A stretch of 64,000 nucleotides of DNA from the NCBI GenBank assembly GCA_030428125.1, contig JAUIBF010000001.1:14102-78101 (forward strand), given 5' to 3'. This stretch comes from a bacterium (GTDB taxonomy: Bacteria; Patescibacteriota; Saccharimonadia; Saccharimonadales; SZUA-47). Position 1 is the stretch's first letter; the number at the start of each line of letters is the position of its first letter. This document shows, piece after piece, positions 8,306 to 17,315 of the stretch. Both the position numbers and the translations under genes were made by a program. Below the pieces are notes generated by a model, which ran no database searches, was not told the DNA's origin, and saw only the letters and a list, made by a program, of their open reading frames with translations.

Positions 8306-8308
8306 GTC

Positions 8309-8515
8309 ATGAAGCACCAACACCTATCTGTAGACGAATATCATAAACAACAAGCTGATTGTGATGAGTTATGCAACATAACTGAACTCATGGTTGAGGA
8401 TAATCCAAACATGATGATGTGTGTAACCTGTCCTTTTTGTAAAGAATTGGTTAATGCCATTTTGACTGATACAACAATCGCTTGCCCTGAATGTAAAGTG
8501 GTGGTTAATAGATGA
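8309..8515 (+). CDS. small zinc-ribbon protein
   Basis: 68 aa with CVTCPFC...CPEC. It starts 3 nt after the previous stop. Confidence 0.55.
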   Translation: MKHQHLSVDEYHKQQADCDELCNITELMVEDNPNMMMCVTCPFCKELVNAILTDTTIACPECKVVVNR

Positions 8516-8676
8516 ATGACGAAGAGCAAAAAATATTAGCTGACGTACAAAAGGAAATGTCAGAAGAATTCTTCTGCGAAATGTGTGGTCATTATCCCTT
8601 GGTTCCGGTGCACGGGCATTTTGAATGTCCTGAATGTAGATATAAAACAAAATGTTGCGAAGGTGGCCCACTGTGA
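8512..8676 (+). CDS. small zinc-ribbon protein (54 aa, below the ORF-track cutoff)
   Basis: Hand translation gives MNDEEQKILADVQKEMSEEFFCEMCGHYPLVPVHGHFECPECRYKTKCCEGGPL. It has an ATGA overlap with the upstream stop and a GTGA overlap with the downstream start. Confidence 0.5.
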   Translation: MNDEEQKILADVQKEMSEEFFCEMCGHYPLVPVHGHFECPECRYKTKCCEGGPL

Positions 8677-9416
8677 GTGATTTAGGACTTCTGGTTTATG
8701 CCGTTGTAGCGTTCTTTATGTCGGTTTTAAGTGGAGCTACAGGTGGTGGTGGTGGATTTATCATGACCCCGTTGATGATTTTTCTAGGATTAACTCCTGC
8801 TGAAGCAGTCGCAAATGGCAAGTTCGGGGGTATTTCTGTGACTATAGGTTCGTTGGTTGGGTTAAAAGAGCATAAGGTATCCAACAGGAAGCTTGTAATA
8901 ATCCTGACAATTCTAGCCGTAATCGCAGGCCTGATAGCACCAAAAATAATAGTTTCTATTGACCCTGAGGCTTACGAGAACATCCTAGGAGTTATGTTAA
9001 TGGTTTTATCTCCATTTATCATTTATAAACAAATTGGCAAAAAGACTAAAGAAGTGAGCAGGGCAAAAACATATATAGGTTTGGTTTTGGTTCTCTCGAG
9101 TATGGTTTTAGTAGGAATTTTTAGTGGAGGATTAGGAATATTTATTAACATCGCAATGATGGGATTTCTGGGACTAAGTGCTTTGGATGCTTCTGTAACA
9201 AAAAGATTAGGACAGTTAGTTTTAAATTCAGTAATAATCTTGGGGTTAATTGGTTCGGGCTTGTTTATTTGGAAGGTAATCGTTGCAGGTATCCTGGCAA
9301 ATACTTCTGGTGGATATGTTGGTGGCAAGATTGCAATCAAAAAAGGTTCAGATTTTGTCAGTAAACTAATAGCAATCGCAGCCTTTCTTAGTGGGTTCGC
9401 ACTGGTGTTAATGTAG
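8673..9416 (+). CDS. TauE/SafE (DUF81) family membrane transporter
   Basis: SGATGGGGGFIMTPLMIFLGL is the family signature and the protein is polytopic. The start is taken as the GTG at 8673 (the ORF track starts at 8652). Confidence 0.7.
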   Translation: MSDLGLLVYAVVAFFMSVLSGATGGGGGFIMTPLMIFLGLTPAEAVANGKFGGISVTIGSLVGLKEHKVSNRKLVIILTILAVIAGLIAPKIIVSIDPEAYENILGVMLMVLSPFIIYKQIGKKTKEVSRAKTYIGLVLVLSSMVLVGIFSGGLGIFINIAMMGFLGLSALDASVTKRLGQLVLNSVIILGLIGSGLFIWKVIVAGILANTSGGYVGGKIAIKKGSDFVSKLIAIAAFLSGFALVLM

Positions 9417-9995
9417 ATGAATAGAATAGGAATTTTTGCGGGAGCTTTTGATCCGATTCATGATGGTCATCTAGGAGTTGCAAGGTCTGCGCTAAAGTTT
9501 TTAGAACTAGAAAAATTGTACTTCATGGTTGAAAAATCACCATGGACCGAGAAGCGTCCGGTAGGAGTATCTCACAGGACTAAAATGGTAGAGTTAGCGA
9601 CTCAAGCTTTAGATAACATTAAGTTGTTTGATATTGATGACGACAGGTTTGATATTAATAAAACTTTGCCTAAATTAGAGAAAAAATTAAATGGCGCCGA
9701 ACTATATTTTATATTTGGGGCTGATGTCTTTATTCGTATGAATAAAGAACAATGGCCCGGCTTGGAAGGTCTGTTAAAGCACTATATAGTTGTATTTGAA
9801 CGTAGTGAAATAACTCAGAAAGAAATTACCGAACACGCCATAAGTCTAGGGATTGTAGTTGCAGTAATTCCTTCCGATTACCCACATCATAATTCCACAG
9901 ATGTAAGGCTGAAGCCTCACGAAAAGAGTATTTGGGTGCCCAAAAAAGTAGCCAAGTATATTGCTGATAACAATTTGTACAAGGTTATAGATTAA
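9417..9995 (+). CDS. nadD: nicotinate/nicotinamide-nucleotide adenylyltransferase-like (cytidylyltransferase fold)
   Basis: GIFAGAFDPIHDGHL is the (H/T)xGH nucleotidyltransferase motif. The ATG abuts the previous TAG. Confidence 0.7.
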   Translation: MNRIGIFAGAFDPIHDGHLGVARSALKFLELEKLYFMVEKSPWTEKRPVGVSHRTKMVELATQALDNIKLFDIDDDRFDINKTLPKLEKKLNGAELYFIFGADVFIRMNKEQWPGLEGLLKHYIVVFERSEITQKEITEHAISLGIVVAVIPSDYPHHNSTDVRLKPHEKSIWVPKKVAKYIADNNLYKVID

Positions 9996-11685
9996 CAGAC
10001 TCGGTTTTAGAATAGTGAGTCTGTATGTAGTCTAGATGTTGCTTGCGGAATTTGTTAAACTCAGATTTCTTAAAGCCAGATTTCTTAATAAAGGCTCCGA
10101 TTTTTTCAGAACCGATATAGTGGGGAAGCATTGCATATCCAGCTCCAAGTTCGTATAATTCAGCTGCTTCAGCGACAGCATCTGCATGACAAATAACTAC
10201 ACAATGGGGGTTAACTGATTCTATAGTACGTAGTAAAAATTTATTAGTTTCAAAGTCTGTAACAACCGATACTACCAGCTTAGCTCCGTCAATTCCTGCC
10301 TCCTCCAAAAGTTCAATATCAGTCATATCACCGTACAAGTAGTTAATATTAGAGTTTTCTAGTATCTCAACAATTTCTGGGTCGTAGTCCACAACTGCGT
10401 ATGGTTTTTTAAGTGATTTAAAGACTTTTACAAACTCTAATCCACCTTTTTTATAACCAAACAGTAGCAGTTCATTATTTTGTTTTTTCTGGCGTTCATT
10501 CTTAGTTTTTTTGCGCTCAAATAAGGTCAGGTAGCGTTCAAAGACCAGATATAATTTCTCATCGTACAGAATCGCATAGGAACTAACAGCAATTGTAATT
10601 AGACCTACCATAGTCATTAGGGATAAAGTTTTGTCATCAATTTGCCCTAAATCGTTTGCCAGGAGGAGTAATACCAAAGAAAACTCACTTATTTGTGCAA
10701 CGGCTAGTGAAGTTTTAAAGCTGGTTTTTTTGGTGTAGCCAAGGACTCCCATAATCGCCATAACTATAATTGGGTTTCCTACTAAGACGAAAGCTGACAA
10801 TAATAATGCAATAGGAAGTACAGAAACTACGTTACTCAAGTCTAGTTGTGAGCCCAAAACAACAAAGAAGAGAATTATAAAGAAATCTCGCAAAGGCTTT
10901 AGCCTAGAGGCGGCCTCTTGAGCATACGGGAATGAAGCCAATGATACACCTGCAGCCAAGGCACCGACTTCAAGTGAAAATCCTGTTTCTTTAAAAATTG
11001 CTCCAACTCCAAGTCCCCACGCTATGGAAAATAAAAACAAAAGCTCTTGTGAGCCAGCGATAGTTTTGTTAATTAGTGGCAGGATCCTAGTGGCTGCTAT
11101 AAATAGTGCAGTAACAACCATAGTACCCTTTAGAAGAAGCTCTAATAGATCATTAGTGTCTAATCCACCACTTCCGTTGGCACTAACATAAAGCAGAGCA
11201 AAGGTTGCTACAATATCTTGAACGAGCAGGAACCCAGTAGCAATTTTTCCATGTAGTCTAGTTTGTTCTTTCTTGTCGCTGAGAAGCTTAAGGATGATAA
11301 TCGTGCTAGAAAATGCAAGAGCTATAGAGACGTAAAGAGTTCCGGTAGTAGATAAATCAGTTAATGCTGAAACTAATAAAAACCCGAAGAAAGTGGTAAA
11401 GGCAACTTGACCTACGCCTGTCAGCACAGCAACACGACCAACTTCTTTAATAATTTTTGGATTCAATCCTAAGCCTACGAGAAACAGAAGTAACGCAATA
11501 CCTATATCTGAAAATATGTGTAAGGTTTCACCGTCGGTAACTAGATTAAGTGCAGTTGGCCCAACAAGTAATCCGGTAAGGATGTATCCGATAATCAACG
11601 GCTGCTTCAATACACGCATCAAAAGCGAAATACCTGCTCCAATAGCAATTATTGCGCTGAGTTCTAAAAATATGTCGTGTTCCAT
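9985..11685 (-). CDS. cation:proton antiporter (CPA2/Kef-type) with C-terminal TrkA-N/RCK domain
   Basis: 566 aa. About 12 TM segments are followed by a LLLFGYKKGG Rossmann-like RCK domain. Confidence 0.75.
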   Translation of the reverse strand: MEHDIFLELSAIIAIGAGISLLMRVLKQPLIIGYILTGLLVGPTALNLVTDGETLHIFSDIGIALLLFLVGLGLNPKIIKEVGRVAVLTGVGQVAFTTFFGFLLVSALTDLSTTGTLYVSIALAFSSTIIILKLLSDKKEQTRLHGKIATGFLLVQDIVATFALLYVSANGSGGLDTNDLLELLLKGTMVVTALFIAATRILPLINKTIAGSQELLFLFSIAWGLGVGAIFKETGFSLEVGALAAGVSLASFPYAQEAASRLKPLRDFFIILFFVVLGSQLDLSNVVSVLPIALLLSAFVLVGNPIIVMAIMGVLGYTKKTSFKTSLAVAQISEFSLVLLLLANDLGQIDDKTLSLMTMVGLITIAVSSYAILYDEKLYLVFERYLTLFERKKTKNERQKKQNNELLLFGYKKGGLEFVKVFKSLKKPYAVVDYDPEIVEILENSNINYLYGDMTDIELLEEAGIDGAKLVVSVVTDFETNKFLLRTIESVNPHCVVICHADAVAEAAELYELGAGYAMLPHYIGSEKIGAFIKKSGFKKSEFNKFRKQHLDYIQTHYSKTESVNL

Positions 11686-12158
11686 CTCTAAGATTTTTCC
11701 TTATGCGATAGCAAACTTATAGCCAAGCAGTTTGCTTGTTCTTGCGACAAATTGTATCTACTGATACTGAGCGAAGCAAAACAAGCAAAATTCTGGATAG
11801 AATTCGCTTGTAGCTGGGAATAATCTTTGAGTTGGTGCACAAGTTCCATGTTTGTTTTTAAACCGGTTTAACCCCTAAATTTTACCATTTTAGGATATTT
11901 AAGCACAAGAAGCATTGACCATAATCGATGTCGTTGCTATTATTAATTTGATCTGTGGTTTGGTTCTGCGAGGCTCCAACAGAGACAAAAACATTACAAA
12001 ATAAAAATGCGAGAGAAAGGGTAGGTCTCTTTAATCGTGCCTATCAAAGTTAAATTTGTGCAATCAATAGCACAGGCTGTGTCTGTGAAGTCGAAGCGCG
12101 CAAAATGGCAACAGTACATCGAGTACTAAAGTACTACCAGAGGTGGTATAATAAAGCG

Positions 12159-12188
12159 AAAAGAGAGTCTCTGCGAGAGCTCTCTTTT
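12159..12188. terminator. long hairpin terminator (bidirectional)
   Basis: AAAAGAGAGTCTC-tgc-GAGAgCTCTCTTTT lies directly after the stop at 12191. Confidence 0.65.
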
Positions 12189-12190
12189 TG

Positions 12191-12910
12191 TTATTCTACT
12201 TCTTGATCTTCTGGTTTTGTAGCTTCTTCCGAGTGTTCACTGTGGTCTTCCTCGGTTATTTCAGAATCAGACTGTTCAGTGCTAGTGCCGTTTTTCTCAT
12301 CGATTTTATCTTGTATAAACTGTGAGAATCCTTCCACTGTGCTTAATGAGCTTGTGTCCTCAACTACTACTCCATCAACTGCAAATGTAGGAGTGCTGTT
12401 AGCGCCTAAGTCTTTTCCGGCATCTATGTCGGCATTGATTACTCCAAGTACTTCACTAGTATTTACCTCACTCGTGTATTGATCCATGTCTAATCCTATT
12501 TCTCGAGCATATTGTTCAAAGACGCTTGCAGGGTTTGAACTGCTTGACCATGATTGTTGTTCGCCATAAAGCCTGTCGTGCATTTCCCAGAACATACCTT
12601 GGTTGGCTGCTGCTTGTGCTGCACGGTGAGCTGGCATTGCATTTGGGTGAATTTGAACTAGAGGGAAGTGCTTAAACTCAAATCTAATCTGGTCTTTAAA
12701 TTCTTCTTTTACTTGACTGACAATCGAAAAAAATCCAGCACAAGCAGGGCATTGGAAGTCTCCGTACTCTGTTAAGGTTATTACACCCTCCTCTTGTCCA
12801 TAAAAATTGTTGGATTCAGCGCCGACGGCATTATCATCGCCACCACTTAGTAAAATTGCACCACCTATGATAGCCACCACAGCTAGTACAGTAATCAATA
12901 TTTGTTTCAT
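12191..12910 (-). CDS. DsbA-family thiol:disulfide oxidoreductase, membrane anchored
   Basis: An N-terminal TM segment, the FQCPACAGF CxxC motif and a thioredoxin fold, with an acidic C-terminal tail. Confidence 0.75.
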   Translation of the reverse strand: MKQILITVLAVVAIIGGAILLSGGDDNAVGAESNNFYGQEEGVITLTEYGDFQCPACAGFFSIVSQVKEEFKDQIRFEFKHFPLVQIHPNAMPAHRAAQAAANQGMFWEMHDRLYGEQQSWSSSSNPASVFEQYAREIGLDMDQYTSEVNTSEVLGVINADIDAGKDLGANSTPTFAVDGVVVEDTSSLSTVEGFSQFIQDKIDEKNGTSTEQSDSEITEEDHSEHSEEATKPEDQEVE

Positions 12911-12988
12911 AAAATAAAACTCCCTTAACTTTAATTATATTTTACCTTATCTAGGCAGTTAACTTCTGATATAATTTAGATTAAACTA

Positions 12989-14026
12989 ATGGGTACATTT
13001 TTCCTCTTTCTCGCAATCACGTTTCTATTGGCGTGTTCGGCCATGTTTTCCGGTCTAACTATTGGTATTTTATCGCTCAATCACTTCGAACTTAAACGCA
13101 AAGCTCAGCTAGGCAATAAAGCAGCCAAGATGGTGTATCCAATTCGAGCGCTTGGACATCAGTTGATGGTGACGTTACTAATTGGAAATGTGATAGTAAA
13201 CGCTGGAATTACAGCCCTTTTGGATCTAAGAGTAAATGGACTTTTTGCAGTTATTCTCACCACCATACTAGTGGTAATGTTTGGGGAGATTCTACCCATG
13301 GCTTATTTGCGTAAGTATGGTCTGGAAATTTCTGCGAAGCTAGCACCTGTTCTCAAATACTTAGTCCTTGCCCTTTCGCCAGTTGCAAAACCTTTGGGGA
13401 AGGCTTTAGACAGATGGCTAGGTGAAGAAGGCCCAACTGTTTATTCTAAAGAAGAGCTTTATAAAATTTTCGAAGAACATAAAGTGTCGCCAGAAAGCGA
13501 TATTGAAGATGATGAAGTGCAGATAGTGCGACACGCACTAAGCTTCGGCGATAAGCAGGTTAGAGAGGTAATGACACCTCGTAGAATGGTTGTGTCTGTT
13601 TCTTCCGAAGATGATGTAGGTCCAATATTGATTAACGAACTCCATGATTCAGGACACTCCAGATTCCCAGTATATAACGATAAAAAAGCACAAAACTTTA
13701 TCGGCACACTTTATTTGCATGATTTGATCGGATTAAAGGCTAGCGGGAAAGTAAAAGCTGCAATGAGGAGTGCTGTTTACTATGTTCACGAAGAAGAATC
13801 GCTGGATCATGCATTAAAAGTTTTCTTAAAAACAAATCATCATTTATTGATTGTTGTTAATACTTTCGAAGAGTTTGTCGGTGTCATTAGCATTGAAGAC
13901 GTTATTGAACAGGTTATCGGTAAGCAGATCCAAGACGAATTTGATCAGCATGCTGATTTAAGAGCTGTCGCAAAAAGCTTGGCCGAAAAAGAAGCACAGA
14001 AACGTGAATTAACAGATAAAAAGTGA
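12989..14026 (+). CDS. CNNM/DUF21 plus CBS-pair membrane protein (hemolysin/CorC-like)
   Basis: An N-terminal DUF21 TM region is followed by VREVMTPR and a CBS pair. Confidence 0.75.
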   Translation: MGTFFLFLAITFLLACSAMFSGLTIGILSLNHFELKRKAQLGNKAAKMVYPIRALGHQLMVTLLIGNVIVNAGITALLDLRVNGLFAVILTTILVVMFGEILPMAYLRKYGLEISAKLAPVLKYLVLALSPVAKPLGKALDRWLGEEGPTVYSKEELYKIFEEHKVSPESDIEDDEVQIVRHALSFGDKQVREVMTPRRMVVSVSSEDDVGPILINELHDSGHSRFPVYNDKKAQNFIGTLYLHDLIGLKASGKVKAAMRSAVYYVHEEESLDHALKVFLKTNHHLLIVVNTFEEFVGVISIEDVIEQVIGKQIQDEFDQHADLRAVAKSLAEKEAQKRELTDKK

Positions 14027-14167
14027 TATAGTAATCCTGATGAGAAGATTGATTTACGCAAACGATAATAATCTACGGGTCAACTGACTCTGCGTTTTTG
14101 GCGCGCGGGGATTACAGTAGAGGCCCGCTGAACCAGCCAAAATCAATCAAACTAGACTAAAGGAAAA

Positions 14168-15478
14168 ATGATGAAAAGAACTCTATCAAAAGATATAGCT
14201 AAGTGTGTGGGAAAAGAAGCGACAGTAAAAGGTTGGCTCCATAAAAAAAGGTTGCTCGGAGGCCTGACTTTTATAAATGTTCGAGATAGATCGGGTTTGG
14301 TGCAAGTTTTGATAGAAGACAAGGCCGAAGTTGAAAAGTTAAGAGGCATGCAAATAGGAACTGTTTTAGAAGTAACAGGTAAGGTCAAGGAAGAACAACG
14401 AGCTCCTGGTGGTGCAGAGATTTATGAGCCAAACATTACGGTAGTTGTTCCCGTAGATGATGAGCCCCCTGTAGAGATAGACAAGCCCCTTTCGCATAAA
14501 TCTGAACACTTAGACACCTTGCTTGAGCACAGAGGAATCGGCCTTCGTAACCTAAACGAGACTGCTATTTTTAAAGTTAGAAGCGATATAAACAAACATA
14601 TTCGTGAGTATTTGTGGCAACAGGAATTTATTGAAATACAAACCCCAAAACTTCTCGGTGCTCCAACCGAAGGAGGAGCCGAAGTATTTACTCTAGATTA
14701 TTTCGGTCAAGAAGCGAGTCTAGCGCAAAGCCCACAATTATACAAGCAGATGATGGTCGGTGTTTTCGAGCGTGTATACGAAATTGGGCCTACATTCAGA
14801 GCTGAGCTTAGCGCGACCACGCGTCATGTGTCTGAGGTTACTATGCTAGACATTGAAATGGGCTTCATAGAAAGCCATGATGATGTGTTGAACGTGATTC
14901 AAGGTATGGTGTACGACGTAGTCACTAAAATTCAGGATGAACATTCAGAAATATTCAAGAAACTCAACGTTGCTCCTACTAAACTGACAGAAAAATTTCC
15001 TAGGTTTACAGTTGATGAAATTCATGAACTGTACACTAAAGCAACTGGGACAGATACTACTCAAGAAAAAGACCTAATTCCTGATGAAGAACGTTGGATT
15101 TGTGAGTATTCTAAGAAGAAACATGGTTGCGAGGCCGTTTTTGCTACCAACTTCCCTAAAGAAGCAATGAAGTTTTACCACAAACTCAACGAAGACGGTA
15201 CGGTTATGTGGGCAGATCTACTGTTTAAAGGTCTAGAAATCGCTACTTGTCCTGTAAGAGAAAATAACCACGACAAATTAGTCCAACAGATGAAAGACGC
15301 TGGTATGGACATAGATAACCAAGGCTATAAATATTTCTTGCAAGCAATGAAGCATGGTTTGCCAGCGCATGGTGGATGTGGCTTCGGGATAGATCGTTTA
15401 GTGCAAAAACTTCTAAATCTTGGAAATGTCAAAGAGGCTATACTATTCCCACGAGACATAAACAGGCTCGCACCGTAA
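14168..15478 (+). CDS. aspS: aspartate--tRNA ligase, short archaeal/eukaryal type (possibly non-discriminating)
   Basis: 436 aa with an OB-fold N-terminus, class II motifs FRAE and GGCGFGIDR, and the AspRS-type QSPQLYKQ. Confidence 0.8.
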   Translation: MMKRTLSKDIAKCVGKEATVKGWLHKKRLLGGLTFINVRDRSGLVQVLIEDKAEVEKLRGMQIGTVLEVTGKVKEEQRAPGGAEIYEPNITVVVPVDDEPPVEIDKPLSHKSEHLDTLLEHRGIGLRNLNETAIFKVRSDINKHIREYLWQQEFIEIQTPKLLGAPTEGGAEVFTLDYFGQEASLAQSPQLYKQMMVGVFERVYEIGPTFRAELSATTRHVSEVTMLDIEMGFIESHDDVLNVIQGMVYDVVTKIQDEHSEIFKKLNVAPTKLTEKFPRFTVDEIHELYTKATGTDTTQEKDLIPDEERWICEYSKKKHGCEAVFATNFPKEAMKFYHKLNEDGTVMWADLLFKGLEIATCPVRENNHDKLVQQMKDAGMDIDNQGYKYFLQAMKHGLPAHGGCGFGIDRLVQKLLNLGNVKEAILFPRDINRLAP

Positions 15479-15482
15479 AGTC

Positions 15483-16331
15483 ATGAGGTTTGGCGTCATA
15501 GCTGACTGTCAGTATGCCGACATAGAAGACTGGAATCCAGGGGAGTTCGATAGGCGATTTAGACTATCTCTCAAGAAACTACAGGAAGCAATAGACTTTT
15601 TTAATACACAGGAACTAGAGTTTATTGTTCATCTTGGTGATTTAATTGATCAAGGAATTGAAAACCTAGAACCTTTGAGGAAAATATTAGATTCATCGAA
15701 GCATAAAATTAATCATGTCTTGGGTAACCATGATTTCTATGTGACAGTCGACGCCGATCCCAGACGCAACAATCATCAGGCGCTTCTTGATTTCATGGGG
15801 ATGCCTGCAAAATACTATAGTTTCACATCAGGTAGCTTTAAGTTTGTGGTTCTCGATACTAATGAAGTAGGGACTATAGAGTGGGAGCCAGACTCAGAGG
15901 ATTATGAACGAGGACAGAGAGTCTTAAAAACAGAGCAAGAAAAGGGCTATATTTACGCCAAATCTTGGAACGGCGCACTAAGTAATGAGCAATTAAGCTG
16001 GCTTCAAAATGAAGTTAAAGAGGCTGACAAAAATAAACAAAAAGTGATTTTATTCGCTCACCACCAGCTTTTCCCAGAAAATAGAGAAAATATGCTAAAA
16101 AAAGAAGTCATACTAGAGTTACTAGACAAAAATCGCAACATAGTTGCATTTATGAATGGACACAATCACCATGGAGACTATGGAGTGTACAAGGACGTTC
16201 CTTGTACAACTTTTAAAGGAATGGTTGAGCAAGAGTCAAATGCCTATGCTGTCGCGGAAATAGTCGGTAGTAAGTTTAAAATTACCGGTTACGGTCGAGA
16301 AATTTCTAGAGATATAGAGCTTAGAGACTAG
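15483..16331 (+). CDS. metallophosphoesterase (ADP-ribose/CDP-alcohol diphosphatase-like)
   Basis: Calcineurin-like motifs: ADCQY, HLGDLID and GNHDF. Confidence 0.65.
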   Translation: MRFGVIADCQYADIEDWNPGEFDRRFRLSLKKLQEAIDFFNTQELEFIVHLGDLIDQGIENLEPLRKILDSSKHKINHVLGNHDFYVTVDADPRRNNHQALLDFMGMPAKYYSFTSGSFKFVVLDTNEVGTIEWEPDSEDYERGQRVLKTEQEKGYIYAKSWNGALSNEQLSWLQNEVKEADKNKQKVILFAHHQLFPENRENMLKKEVILELLDKNRNIVAFMNGHNHHGDYGVYKDVPCTTFKGMVEQESNAYAVAEIVGSKFKITGYGREISRDIELRD

Positions 16332-17290
16332 GCTGCCCTATCTATTTCAGGTGCGCCGGGCGTACTTGCCCAGCCTCGCTTTACGAGCCTACGAATTATA
16401 AATCCACCGGGGTCTCTACGAAGAGTATCTCCTGCCAAATACGGATTACTTGGATTGTCATGGTGGTCTTTATGCCTCTTTTCACCCAATACAACTGCCT
16501 CGAAGCCCTCCAGGATGTTTGCTGCATATTCGCCCTTTTCGTCAGGTACGGGTTCTTCTTTACCGGCTAGTACTTTAAGTCTGTTTATCCAGCCTTTTTT
16601 CTGACCTGTGTGATTAACTGCATTTATATCTCCAGCCATTGCAAACATTGCTCCTACATGAGTTGCTGCTTCGGCTGCAGCAACCACAGGACCAAGGGTT
16701 GCTGTAATTCCTGCTGCTTTCATCACAATGCCAGCATATGGATACTTATTGCGGAAGGCTTCTGGGTCAGCTTCTTCTATGTCAACGTTTCTGAAATGAG
16801 CTGGCCAGTGTTGTCGATCTTCTAGTCCACTTTCTTGGTCGAAAGCGTGTAAATCAAGTAAGAAAGGCACAATAGTTTTCTTAGCTCTTCGGTGTAATCC
16901 AGGTGTGTTGAACAGAACTTTTTTGTAACCGTCTAACTTTACAGAGTAAGGGTCTCTAAACGCCTCTATTGGTGCTTCAGGGGCACCTTCAGGTCTTCTA
17001 TCATTCCATTCATTTAAAGCTTCCCAATTTTCTTGGTCAGGGTACGCGTGGTGTACTATATGGTCCGTCCAGTCGATAAAGGGCATACCTGTGAACGTCA
17101 AGTTGAGTCCATGCATTACTTTTTTAGTGCCTTCAGAGTATTCGACTCCACCGTGGGTTTTTCGGTGAAGCCAAGTGGTAATCATAACACCGGCTGCGTA
17201 GGCTGAAGCACCACCCAAAAGAATTCCTGCAGCAACGGGATGTCTCAAGCCTCTTGGGTTTAGTAGCTTTTCATAATTAACAGGTGGCAT
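16328..17290 (-). CDS. membrane fatty-acid desaturase-like di-iron protein
   Basis: Three His boxes: HRKTH, HIVHH and HKDHH. Confidence 0.45.
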   Translation of the reverse strand: MPPVNYEKLLNPRGLRHPVAAGILLGGASAYAAGVMITTWLHRKTHGGVEYSEGTKKVMHGLNLTFTGMPFIDWTDHIVHHAYPDQENWEALNEWNDRRPEGAPEAPIEAFRDPYSVKLDGYKKVLFNTPGLHRRAKKTIVPFLLDLHAFDQESGLEDRQHWPAHFRNVDIEEADPEAFRNKYPYAGIVMKAAGITATLGPVVAAAEAATHVGAMFAMAGDINAVNHTGQKKGWINRLKVLAGKEEPVPDEKGEYAANILEGFEAVVLGEKRHKDHHDNPSNPYLAGDTLRRDPGGFIIRRLVKRGWASTPGAPEIDRAA

Positions 17291-17315
17291 AAGAGTAAGT
17301 ATGACATATTAAGTC

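Noticed and set aside
14037-14044. CTGATGAG, which matches the hammerhead ribozyme core box, in the spacer upstream of aspS
   Set aside because: There is no properly placed GAAA box, no stem II/III pairing and no cleavage-site context. The nearby sequence reads GCAAAC, not CGAAAC. Most likely a chance 8-mer.
14027-14167. Possible T-box leader upstream of the aminoacyl-tRNA synthetase gene
   Set aside because: The spacer is only about 140 nt. It has no T-box sequence (AAnnGGGTGGTACCGCG-like), no specifier-loop architecture and no terminator/antiterminator pair.
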